DNA of 64,000 nt from Capsulimonadaceae bacterium (GTDB lineage Bacteria > Armatimonadota > Armatimonadia > Armatimonadales > Capsulimonadaceae): the NCBI GenBank assembly GCA_965215505.1, contig OZ244065.1:960001-1024000 (forward strand), written 5' to 3'. The notes under the pieces are model-generated. The model was given only the letters and a program-made list of their open reading frames with translations. It was not told where the DNA came from and searched no databases. A program made the translations under genes and the position numbers. Numbering within the stretch: position 1 is the first letter of the stretch; each line of letters starts with the position of its first letter. Shown here piece after piece: positions 55,649 through 64,000 of the stretch.

Positions 55649-58183
55649 ATGCGCTTCGCCCGGCAGTCCCTTCTCGCCTGCGGCCTGCTCCTCGCGACCG
55701 CCGGCGAGGGGCGGGCGCAGGCCCCGACCACTATCCCAGCCGCTCCCGCCTCCCCCGGTCCGACCACGCCGCCCGCCACGGCCCCGACCCTGCCGCCGGT
55801 GTCTTCCGCCACGCCCCCGGCCGCCCCGCCCGTGCCCGCGTCCGCCTCGCCCTCCGGCAGTCCAGTCCAGCCGCTCCCGACGGCTTCCCCCACGACGGGC
55901 GGCGGGCCGCTGGTACCCTCGGCGCAGGAGACGCCGCTGCCGGGAAGCGCGCCGGGCGGCCCGCCGCTAGACCCGAACGATGTGTATTTGCACTACCGTG
56001 CGGACACGTCCGAGTATACGACGCAGGGGACAATCATCGGGCGGGGCAACGTGCAGATCGCCTATCAGGGCTACCTGCTGACCGGGGATCAGGCGGAGCT
56101 GGACACGAACCGGGGGGTCGCGACGTTCTTCGGCCCCGTTCACCTGGTCGGGCCGACCGGACAGACCGCCGAGGTCGGGCCGGGCGGGCGGCTGCGGCTG
56201 AACCTCAACCGGGGCACCTACACGCTGACCGGGGCGCGCTCCATCATCCAGCCTGAGCAGGTCCAGGCGCAGATCGGGCTGATCCAGCCTCTCTATATCT
56301 CCGGCGGACTTGTGCGCGGGCGGCCCGGCTTCATTGACGCCCGCGACGCCTCGCTGACGACCTGCGACTTCCCCGACCCGCACTACTCGTTCACCGCCCG
56401 CGAAGCGTATGTCATCCCCGGAAAGCGGCTGGTGGGGCGCAACGTCTCCTTCTACCGCCGGGGCCACCGCGTCTTCAGCATCCCCTACCTGTTCGTCCCG
56501 CTCGACCAGCGGCTGGCCCGGCAGACCCTCTTCCCGACCGTCGGGCAGACGCCCGACGAGGGCTACTTCATCAAGTTCGCCTTCGGGTACGCCCTGACGT
56601 CCGCCCTGCCGGGCATCCTGCGGGTGGAAGAGTTCCAGAAGAAGGGAACGGGCCTGGGCTTTGACCAGAGCTACGGGTCAACCGCCCGGCCCACGCGCGG
56701 GTCCGGCCTGTTCACCTTCTACAGCCTGTACGACAAGAGCCAGGGGACGGAAGACATCAACGGCAGCCTCAACCACGTCCAGCGGTTCGGCACGGTCAAC
56801 GCGACCCTGAACTCGCAGTACCAGCAGAATTCCTACTTCACCGGCCTGAGCCGGTCCCAGTCCCAGAACACCACGCTGGGGCTGAACCGGAACGTGGGCA
56901 ACCTCAGCACGTCGCTGACGACGACGCTCAACCAGAACTCGTTCGGGTATGGGCAGTCACAGACCTTGACCTCATCGCTGGACAACACCTACCAGCCGAC
57001 GTCAAGCTCACAGCTCGAAACGAAGTTCGACTTCTCGCAGTTCAACTCGCCGGGCTTCGGCGGGCTGGGCGGCAGCAGCCGTCAGGAGCTTGACTCGAAC
57101 CTGGACTACCGCAACCGGGGGAAGCTGTTCGACGTGGAGGTGCTGGCGACCAAGTACACGCAGCTCGCCTCCGGCGGCGGCTCAACGCAGTTCCTCGGCG
57201 GCCTGGAGCGGCTGCCCGAACTGCGGCTGGCGACGGATGCCATCCGGATGCCGCTGCTGCGGCGCGTCCTGCCGAAGACCACCCGGATGGACCTCTCCGT
57301 CGGCGACTTCAACGAGCCGTCGTCGCTGACCAAGTCCCAGCGCGCCCGGTTCAACCTGGACCTCGGCACGACGACGCAGAAGATCACGGGCCGCAGCTCG
57401 CTGGATTACGGCGGCTCCTTCCAGCAGGGCTTCTACGGCGACGACACCGCCCAGTATGTCCTGAACGGTCAGAGCGCCTACCGCCTGCGGGTCGGCAGCA
57501 AGTCCACGGTGGGCGCGACCTACACCTACCTGCGCCCCTACGGCTACACCCCCTTCCAGTTCGATTACACCGGCAACACGAACCTCGCCGGCCTGAACCT
57601 AGCTCTCCAGGAGTCGCAGGCCTTCCAGCTCGCGGTCGGGACGGGCTACGACTTCAACCGGACGCAGAGTACGCCCGGCTACCGGGCGACCCCCTTCCAG
57701 AGCGTGTCGGCCCAGGCGCTCTATACGCCGGTCCAGGCGGTGCGCTTCCGCACGACGCTTTCCTATGACCTGAACTACAGCCGCCTCCTGGACATGACAA
57801 ACGCCCTGCGCGTCCGAGGCCCCGACCAGACCGCGCTGGACCTCTCGGGGCGGTTCTCCCCGATGCTGAACCGGTACACGACCGTCAGCGCCAACCTGAA
57901 CTTCCCCTTCTTCCGCGATCGCCGCGAGGACGCCGGCTACCGCATCCGCGCCATCACCGGCTACAACGGCATCACCAGCCGCTTCGACTACAAGGGCCTC
58001 GCCCTCACCCGCTCCTGGCACGATTATGAGCTGAACCTGACCTACCTGGACACGCCCAACGGCCTGCGCCCCGGCTCCACGTTCAACCTCACCTTCCGCC
58101 TCAAAGCCTTCCCCGCCTACGAGCCGTTCGCCACCGGCCAGTACGGGCAGTCGCTCGACACGGGCATCGGCGAGACTTTGTAG
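55649..58183 (+). CDS. LptD-like outer-membrane beta-barrel
   Basis: Signal peptide, GNVQIAY, TTCD---PHY, alternating beta-strand pattern, C-terminal LKAFP. Confidence 0.75.
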   Translation: MRFARQSLLACGLLLATAGEGRAQAPTTIPAAPASPGPTTPPATAPTLPPVSSATPPAAPPVPASASPSGSPVQPLPTASPTTGGGPLVPSAQETPLPGSAPGGPPLDPNDVYLHYRADTSEYTTQGTIIGRGNVQIAYQGYLLTGDQAELDTNRGVATFFGPVHLVGPTGQTAEVGPGGRLRLNLNRGTYTLTGARSIIQPEQVQAQIGLIQPLYISGGLVRGRPGFIDARDASLTTCDFPDPHYSFTAREAYVIPGKRLVGRNVSFYRRGHRVFSIPYLFVPLDQRLARQTLFPTVGQTPDEGYFIKFAFGYALTSALPGILRVEEFQKKGTGLGFDQSYGSTARPTRGSGLFTFYSLYDKSQGTEDINGSLNHVQRFGTVNATLNSQYQQNSYFTGLSRSQSQNTTLGLNRNVGNLSTSLTTTLNQNSFGYGQSQTLTSSLDNTYQPTSSSQLETKFDFSQFNSPGFGGLGGSSRQELDSNLDYRNRGKLFDVEVLATKYTQLASGGGSTQFLGGLERLPELRLATDAIRMPLLRRVLPKTTRMDLSVGDFNEPSSLTKSQRARFNLDLGTTTQKITGRSSLDYGGSFQQGFYGDDTAQYVLNGQSAYRLRVGSKSTVGATYTYLRPYGYTPFQFDYTGNTNLAGLNLALQESQAFQLAVGTGYDFNRTQSTPGYRATPFQSVSAQALYTPVQAVRFRTTLSYDLNYSRLLDMTNALRVRGPDQTALDLSGRFSPMLNRYTTVSANLNFPFFRDRREDAGYRIRAITGYNGITSRFDYKGLALTRSWHDYELNLTYLDTPNGLRPGSTFNLTFRLKAFPAYEPFATGQYGQSLDTGIGETL

Positions 58184-58188
58184 CCGAC

Positions 58189-58722
58189 ATGAAACCAGAC
58201 ACATTCCTGCAAGCCCTGCACGACTGGCAGAACTTCTACACGCTGCTCGGCGAAGTGTCCGCGACGCTCGCCGGCCTTATGTTCGTCGCCGCCAGCCTCG
58301 GCGCGCGCCTGATCAATGAGGAGGACGATCCCAAAGTGCGGACATTCCTCACGCCCACGGTCGTCTACTTCTCGAACGTGCTGCTGCTGTCCGCCCTGAT
58401 GAATGTCCCGACGCAGACTCGGACGGCGCTGACCGTCCAGCTCGCCGCCGCCGGCCTGATTGGGGCGGGGTACAGCCTGTCCCACCTGCCCCGCCTCCGG
58501 GGCTTCCAGCAGGACAAGGCGTTCAGCCGCCAGACCTGGACATGGAACCTGCTCCTCCCCTTGTTCAGCGCCCTGTGGCTGCTGGGAGCCGCCCTCGTCC
58601 TGCCCCGATCCGTCGCGGGAGGACTGGACGCCGCGGCGGCGGGCGTCCTGCTGCTCGTCGCGGTCGGCCTCCACAACGCCTGGACCGTCACCCTCAACAT
58701 CGTCTTACGCACCCCGGCGTGA
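58189..58722 (+). CDS. Hypothetical membrane protein
   Basis: WQNFY-LLG--SATL-GLMFVA-S, F-TPTVV-F, G--NAW. Confidence 0.8.
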   Translation: MKPDTFLQALHDWQNFYTLLGEVSATLAGLMFVAASLGARLINEEDDPKVRTFLTPTVVYFSNVLLLSALMNVPTQTRTALTVQLAAAGLIGAGYSLSHLPRLRGFQQDKAFSRQTWTWNLLLPLFSALWLLGAALVLPRSVAGGLDAAAAGVLLLVAVGLHNAWTVTLNIVLRTPA

Positions 58723-58741
58723 GCGTGTTAAACTTGATACC

Positions 58742-59800
58742 TTAAGCGAGGGCATACCAGGTGGAGCGGCCCTGCCCGTACCGTCCCAGCGTTCCGGCCT
58801 GAACCAGTGCATTTAGACGCGCCTTGATCGTGCTGCGGCTTTCCCCCGTCAGCGCCTCGATCTGAGCGGTCGTCACGCGCCCGTGTTCGCGCGCTATCTC
58901 CAATATCTGCACCGAAAGCGTGGGCAGGGCGGTCCCCCACGCCTGCTCGCGGGCGACCTTCTGTTCCAGGCGCGCTTTCTGCCGCTGCAAGGCGCGCAGG
59001 AAGAACAGCACCCAGGGTTCCCAGTCCGGCCTCTCATCGGTCAGCGTCCCCTGCGTCCGGCGAAGCGACAGGTAATAACCTTCCTTGCTGGCCTCGATGA
59101 CGCTCTCCAGTGAGCTATAAGGCACATAGCCATAGCCGGCGCGCAGGAGCAGCAAAGTCGTTAGTACGCGCGACAGCCGCCCGTTGCCGTCCTGAAACGG
59201 ATGGATCGCCAGGAAGCGGACGACGAAGATGGCGATCACCAACAGCGGGTGCCATAGCCCCGCCCCCAATGACTCGCCGGTCCAGGCAACGAGTTCCTGC
59301 ATCCGCCAGGATGTTTCCAGCGGTGATGTGGTCTGGAAGACGACGCCCAAGCTTTTTCCCTCCGCATCAAACGCCTCGACGTGGTTAGGCAGTTTTTTGT
59401 ATTCGCCCCGGTGCCGGACGTCTTTCGAGCTATGCCTGAGAAGCATTTGGTGAAGCTGCTTGACATGGTTCTCGGTCAGAGGGATCGCCTCCCAGTCTGA
59501 GAAAATCGTTCCCATCACCTCGGCATAGCCGGCGACTTCCTCCTCATCACGCGAGCGGAAGGAGTTCGTTTCCAGACCTGTCAACAGTCGCTCCACCTCG
59601 CGGTCACTCAAGCGTGCGCCTTCGATGCGCGTAGAGGAGCCTACGCTCTCGATGGTAGCGATTCGGCGCAGGGCGGCGAGTCGCTCAGGAGCAAGGGCAC
59701 GCAGAGAGCGCCATGCACCTTTGAATTCATCGATCTCCCCGATGAGTCGCAGCATCTCCGGCGTGATGTGCAAGGCGGAATTTTGGGCTTCAGCATCCAT
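58742..59800 (-). CDS. Fic-family protein with C-terminal wHTH
   Basis: IESVGSSTRIEG, HPFQDGNGRLSR, GRSTWY. Confidence 0.93.
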   Translation of the reverse strand: MDAEAQNSALHITPEMLRLIGEIDEFKGAWRSLRALAPERLAALRRIATIESVGSSTRIEGARLSDREVERLLTGLETNSFRSRDEEEVAGYAEVMGTIFSDWEAIPLTENHVKQLHQMLLRHSSKDVRHRGEYKKLPNHVEAFDAEGKSLGVVFQTTSPLETSWRMQELVAWTGESLGAGLWHPLLVIAIFVVRFLAIHPFQDGNGRLSRVLTTLLLLRAGYGYVPYSSLESVIEASKEGYYLSLRRTQGTLTDERPDWEPWVLFFLRALQRQKARLEQKVAREQAWGTALPTLSVQILEIAREHGRVTTAQIEALTGESRSTIKARLNALVQAGTLGRYGQGRSTWYALA

Positions 59801-59814
59801 GTCCACAATCCTAC

Positions 59815-59851
59815 CCGATTAGAGCCGATTATGTCCAATTAGAGCCGATTA
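59815..59851. repeat. 10-bp periodic repeats over the fic promoter
   Basis: CCGATTAGAG-CCGATTATGT-CCAATTAGAG-CCGATTA. Confidence 0.75.
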
Positions 59852-59872
59852 CACCATCAATCCTGCTGCCTC

Positions 59873-59905
59873 CTTCATATCTTCTTCATCTTTGTGCGTT
59901 ACAGT
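59873..59905 (+). promoter_or_regulatory. OmpR-type box plus -10 (site 1)
   Basis: CTTCAT-N5-CTTCAT-N10-TACAGT. Confidence 0.7.
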
Positions 59906-59940
59906 GCTTCTAATTCCCCCGCGCAAAGGACATACCAACG

Positions 59941-61047
59941 ATGCACCGTCTCATCAAGCCCCTCGCCCTCGCCGCCGTGCCGGTCTTCCTGCTCACCCTC
60001 TCCGGCTGCGGAGGCGGCGGAGGCACGACGAGCAGTACCACCAGTACGGGGGGCGGGCAGACCGCTTCGGCCCTCCCCGCCGCCCTGAACGTCTACGTCA
60101 CCGACGGCTTCAGCGACCAGTACAAGCAGGTCCTGGTGACGCTCTACAAGATCGAGCTGACGACCGACGGCACGAACTACACGACCGTCTTCACTTCATC
60201 CGCCGGGCAGACGATCAACCTCTCCTCGCTCGCCGCAACAACCGCCCTGCTCGCCAGCGTCAACGTCCCGGCGGGGACCTACACGCAGGCGCGGATCACC
60301 TTCGGGGACCACTTCACCCTGGTCGGCCAGGACGGCACCAGCACCAGCGTCGCCGTGGACCCCAGCATCGGGACGGCAGCTAATGGCATGGTCGCGCTCA
60401 CCGTCGCGACGCCCACCAAGTGCGTCTCAGGGCAGTCTTCGGCCCTGTTCCTGGACTTCAAGCTGGCCGAGTTCACCCTCGTGGGCAACCTCCTGCGGCC
60501 CCAGGTCGGGCCGGGCGACCCCGGACCGAACGGCATGAAGCCGTGTAACGGCAGCCTGATGGGGACAATCGCGAACCTCGTGGCCGGGACCAGCTTCGAC
60601 CTGCAAGGGCCGGACGGGCACACCGTCCATGTCGTGCTGTCGGCGACGACCACGACGCTCAGCGGCCAGACCGGCGCGGCCATCACGCTCGCCAACGGCC
60701 AGAAGGTTTCCGTCGAGGGGGCCTTCACCGCGTCCACGCAGACGGTCGCGGCGACCTCGGTCACGCTCAACGACTACACCACGACGCAGCGCGAGCAGGC
60801 GGAGGGGACGGTCGCCAGCGTCAGCGCGGCGGCAAACACCTTCGTCCTGACGGTCCAGCGGGCGGGCGGCATCCAGCCGACGGGCGGGACGATCACGGTC
60901 CAGGTCGGGGCGGCGACGGTCTACATGAAGGGCCGGAACCAGTCCGCCGGCTTCGCCGACGTCACTGCCGGGGCGATGGTGAACGTGCAGGGGACGTTCG
61001 ATGCCACCACGCAGACCCTGACGGCCCGTTCGGTCGGTTTCCATTGA
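59941..61047 (+). CDS. Lipoprotein, DUF4382/DUF5666-like
   Basis: LSGC lipobox; VYVTD, VPAGTYTQ, LDF; two OB-like repeats (G-V-V-G-F). Confidence 0.8.
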   Translation: MHRLIKPLALAAVPVFLLTLSGCGGGGGTTSSTTSTGGGQTASALPAALNVYVTDGFSDQYKQVLVTLYKIELTTDGTNYTTVFTSSAGQTINLSSLAATTALLASVNVPAGTYTQARITFGDHFTLVGQDGTSTSVAVDPSIGTAANGMVALTVATPTKCVSGQSSALFLDFKLAEFTLVGNLLRPQVGPGDPGPNGMKPCNGSLMGTIANLVAGTSFDLQGPDGHTVHVVLSATTTTLSGQTGAAITLANGQKVSVEGAFTASTQTVAATSVTLNDYTTTQREQAEGTVASVSAAANTFVLTVQRAGGIQPTGGTITVQVGAATVYMKGRNQSAGFADVTAGAMVNVQGTFDATTQTLTARSVGFH

Positions 61048-61051
61048 CGGC

Positions 61052-61087
61052 GGACCGCCCCGCTGCGTAAGCGCACGGGGGCGGTCC
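61052..61087. terminator. GC-rich hairpin, possibly bidirectional terminator
   Basis: GGACCGCCCC...GGGGCGGTCC; no clear U-tract. Confidence 0.55.
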
Positions 61088-61226
61088 TAGCGGCTGCGGG
61101 CAGGGGCAGTGGCAGCAGACCGACGCGCAGGCCGGGCAGAGTCTTCCGGCCGTAGTCACGCCGGAAGGCCTGCTTCATTTTGAAGGGGCATGGCGTCTCG
61201 TTCTGTCCGTGCGGTTCCAGAGCAGC

Positions 61227-61308
61227 AGGATATTCAGGAGGGATGAAGGAAAGATGAAAGGCGCACCGGCCGCTCCTTCATGTCGCCTTCATCTTTGCCC
61301 TGTAAGAT
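61227..61308. promoter_or_regulatory. Back-to-back OmpR-type promoters (sites 2 and 3)
   Basis: Minus strand TTTCAT-N5-CTTCAT-N10-TATCCT (61259-61227); plus strand CTTCAT-N5-CTTCAT-N10-TAAGAT (61276-61308). Confidence 0.7.
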
Positions 61309-61360
61309 GATCTCAAAAAACACTTGAACGGCCGGAGTCCACTCCGGGAGGTATCGAGAA

Positions 61361-62320
61361 ATGAAAACACACCTGATTTTGCCGCTGTCGCTGGCCGCCG
61401 CGCTGCTCCCGATTTCGGCGGGGGCCGACCCCCTGGTCCTGACCAACGTGCCCGCTCGGGTGGCGGCGGCGCGTCTGGGGGCAAAGTACGGCATCGGCAT
61501 CGTACTCACGGAAAACGCCGGTCGGCGCGTCAACGTCTCCATCGAGGATGAGGACGGCGCGGACGATGCGGGCGCGCGCCTCCAGACGGTCAACGCCCTG
61601 GCGAACGCCCTCCGGCTGGACTTCACGAAGACGATCGTGGTCAGCCGGTCCGCACTCGACCGGGCCATGAGCGCCGGTGCCGATGCGGCGGCGGGTGCCC
61701 CGGCGGACCCCGACACGACCGGGGCGGTGGACTCGGCGGCCTCCGTCCCGTTCGGCGCGACGCGGCTGCGGACGCGGGAGGCGATCACGCTCATCGCCAA
61801 TGTTGACGACGCCTACGCCCAGATCGCCGGTGACATCGGCGGGTTCGTGACGCTGTCCAGGCCGACTCTCACCGTCGCACAGGCGGAGAAGGAGATCGCC
61901 AAGCAGACGGGGACCACCTGGAAGGCCGTCTACACCCTGGCCCCGCGCGAGCGCGTCGCCTCGGCGGTGTCGCCGCTGATCTTCTTCCCCGACCGGCAGT
62001 GGGAGGCCGAGCAGCGGCGTCAGGAGCAGGAAGCGGAGCGGCAGTACGCACAGGAGCAGGCGGCGGCGTATCAGGCTTATCAGCAGGCCGCCGCCCGGCA
62101 GCAGGCGCTCCCTCAGAGGGATACCCGCGTCACTACACAGGGCGCGCAGGGCATGAACAGCCAGGGCATGAACAATCAGGGCGGCAGCGGGAGCGGGTAC
62201 GGTTACTACGGCGACCCGAACCAGAACGGCGGCTACGAGGCGAACGGCGGCTACGGCGTTGACATGAACACCAGCGGCAACGCGGGCGGGAACTTCCCCA
62301 ACCATGTCGTCGGGAACTGA
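61361..62320 (+). CDS. Secreted hypothetical protein with Q/G/N-rich tail
   Basis: GGAGG RBS, signal peptide, coiled Q/E segment. Confidence 0.8.
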   Translation: MKTHLILPLSLAAALLPISAGADPLVLTNVPARVAAARLGAKYGIGIVLTENAGRRVNVSIEDEDGADDAGARLQTVNALANALRLDFTKTIVVSRSALDRAMSAGADAAAGAPADPDTTGAVDSAASVPFGATRLRTREAITLIANVDDAYAQIAGDIGGFVTLSRPTLTVAQAEKEIAKQTGTTWKAVYTLAPRERVASAVSPLIFFPDRQWEAEQRRQEQEAERQYAQEQAAAYQAYQQAAARQQALPQRDTRVTTQGAQGMNSQGMNNQGGSGSGYGYYGDPNQNGGYEANGGYGVDMNTSGNAGGNFPNHVVGN

Positions 62321-62335
62321 CACCGCGAGGCTGCC

Positions 62336-63022
62336 ATGAAGATCTTACTCATCGAGGACGAGGAGGCGATCGCCGCCGTCGTCAAGAAGGGCCTGGAGCG
62401 GGCGCAGTATCAGGTCACCGTGGCGGCGGACGGAGCCGCCGGGCTGGAGATGGCGACCCAGGAACTCTACTCGCTGATCGTCCTGGACCTGATGCTGCCG
62501 CGCCTGGACGGCTGGGGGGTCTGCCGCGCCCTGCGGGAGCGCGGCGACCCCATCCCCATCCTGATGCTGTCCGCCCGCGACGCCGTCGAGGACCGGGTGA
62601 CCGGCCTGGGCCTGGGCGCGGACGACTATCTGCCCAAGCCGTTCGCCTTCGCCGAGCTGCTGGCCCGCGTCCAGGCCCTCCTGCGCCGGGACAGGAGACA
62701 TAAGGGGCGGCAGATCGTCATCGAGGACCTAGAACTGGACACCCAGCTCCGGCGCGTCCGGCGTGCCGGGCTGGGGGTGGAACTGTCTCCGCGCGAATAC
62801 GCGCTGCTGGAGGCGCTCGCCACTCACGAGGGGCAGGTGCTGACCCGCGAACTCATCCTGGAGCGGGTCTGGCTGGACGAGGAGAGCTACTCGAATACTG
62901 TGGACGTCTGCGTCGGGACTCTGCGGAAGAAGATAGACGCCGGGCATCCGGTGAAGCTGATCCAGACCGTACATCGCGTCGGCTACACCCTGCGGCGTCC
63001 GTCCGAGGGGACCTCCGCATGA
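62336..63022 (+). CDS. OmpR/PhoB-family response regulator
   Basis: LIEDE, LDLMLP, GADDYLPKPF, SNTVDV, TV--VGY. Confidence 0.96.
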   Translation: MKILLIEDEEAIAAVVKKGLERAQYQVTVAADGAAGLEMATQELYSLIVLDLMLPRLDGWGVCRALRERGDPIPILMLSARDAVEDRVTGLGLGADDYLPKPFAFAELLARVQALLRRDRRHKGRQIVIEDLELDTQLRRVRRAGLGVELSPREYALLEALATHEGQVLTRELILERVWLDEESYSNTVDVCVGTLRKKIDAGHPVKLIQTVHRVGYTLRRPSEGTSA

Positions 63023-64000
63023 GATCGCCGGATAGAATGGCCTTCCGGCTGTCGTCCGTCCGCACGCGGCTGACCCTGTGGAGCGTGGCGGTGCTGGCCC
63101 TGGCGCTGCTCGTCTTCGCGGGGGCTTTGCGCTCCATCATCCAGGTGAACCTCGACGCCGCGATCAACCGCAGCCTCATGCAGCAGGCGCGCGGACATCA
63201 GCGGATGACCGCACGGATGCTGGAGACACGCCCCGACGGCTCCGGGCCTCAAGGCCCCGGACCTGGGGGACCTGACTTTGGACCCAGCGGTTTCGGACCT
63301 CCGGGCAGCGGCCCGCCCGGCCCTGGGCCTGATTTTCAGGGACGGCCCCCTGGGGACGGCCCAAAGCCGTCTAAGCCGCCCGTCATCGGGCAGGGCGGGG
63401 AACTGGCGGCCCGCGTTCTTGACCTGCATGGGCGGGCCTTGTTGGGATGGTCGGCCAGCACGCCCTGGGACCCGGACACGTTCCCGCTCTCGGCGCGGGG
63501 GCAGGAAGTCTACTCGACTGTCCATCTGAGTTTGCAGTCCGTGCGCGTCTTTTCCGTGCCCATCCTCCTGCATGGAAAGGCCGTCGGCGTTGTGCAGACG
63601 GCCGCCTCCCTCAGCGAAGCGGATGCCGAGATGAGGCACCTGACGCGCGCCCTGCTGACCCTGATTCCTCTGGTGCTGCTGATCGCCGGGGCGGGCGGCG
63701 CTCTCCTGACCGGGGGGACACTGCGGCCCATCCGCGGCATCACGCAGGCGGCGAACCGGATCAGCGCCGAGAACCTTTCGGGGCGGCTGACGGTCTCCGG
63801 CAGCGACGAGTTCTCGGACCTGGCAGCCACCTTCAACAGCATGCTGGCGCGGCTGGAAGGGTCCTTCCACAAGCTCACCGTCGCCTACGAACAGGAGCGC
63901 CGCTTCACCGCCGACGCCTCCCACGAGCTGCGGACCCCGCTGACCGTCATCAAGGCCCACGCCAGCCTTTCGCTGGATGGGGAGCCGACGGCGGTGGAGT
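63019..64000 (+). CDS. HAMP sensor histidine kinase (3' end off-window)
   Basis: Hand translation: SVRTRLTLW TM, Pro/Gly-rich sensor, second TM, HAMP (DEFSDLA-TFNSML-RLE), RFTADASHELRTPL. Confidence 0.93.
   Translation, partial: MRSPDRMAFRLSSVRTRLTLWSVAVLALALLVFAGALRSIIQVNLDAAINRSLMQQARGHQRMTARMLETRPDGSGPQGPGPGGPDFGPSGFGPPGSGPPGPGPDFQGRPPGDGPKPSKPPVIGQGGELAARVLDLHGRALLGWSASTPWDPDTFPLSARGQEVYSTVHLSLQSVRVFSVPILLHGKAVGVVQTAASLSEADAEMRHLTRALLTLIPLVLLIAGAGGALLTGGTLRPIRGITQAANRISAENLSGRLTVSGSDEFSDLAATFNSMLARLEGSFHKLTVAYEQERRFTADASHELRTPLTVIKAHASLSLDGEPTAVE

Noticed and set aside
61087-61192. TGA readthrough (selenocysteine) of the short minus-strand ORF
   Set aside because: No SECIS-like stem and no redox motif around the TGA.

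Overview
High-GC bacterial chromosomal window, probably Armatimonadota (inferred from the prepilin/DUF1559-type gene, DUF1800-DUF1501, LptD-like gene alongside SepF/SteA, and the L28 type). It holds about 55 CDS. Main loci: usp-cydAB; three trpF-like paralogs interleaved with unrelated cassette genes ahead of trpBA-deoC; recO; a steA-steB-GT2-FHA operon; tatD; an ECF/anti-sigma/DUF1800-DUF1501 operon; a SARP-ATPase-TPR regulator; a DsbD/TlpA redox cluster; rpmB; fadD; hrcA; iscR-iscS followed by two novel four-Cys paralogs; phoU-yggS-sepF-proC; cca; lptD-like; Fic; and an OmpR-type two-component locus. No rRNA, tRNA, CRISPR or transposase is visible. At least four families of REP/REPIN-like palindromes are present. 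Highlights: (1) a cytochrome bd oxidase whose heme-ligand Glu (GWxxxExGRQPW) is Cys, with CydB WDGN changed to WFGY; (2) the trpF triplication, with complementary catalytic lesions and a chimeric middle copy; (3) two genes apparently starting at ATA behind near-identical RBS contexts, plus about 10 leaderless genes; (4) an isc operon with CxxC-x11-CNWC paralogs in place of IscU/IscA; (5) three matching response-regulator promoters, one driving an unannotated ~160-nt transcript; (6) a REP translated in-frame inside dsbD; (7) a 1.5-kb insert bounded by a duplicated proC 3' end. All family assignments come from motif recognition, not database searches.
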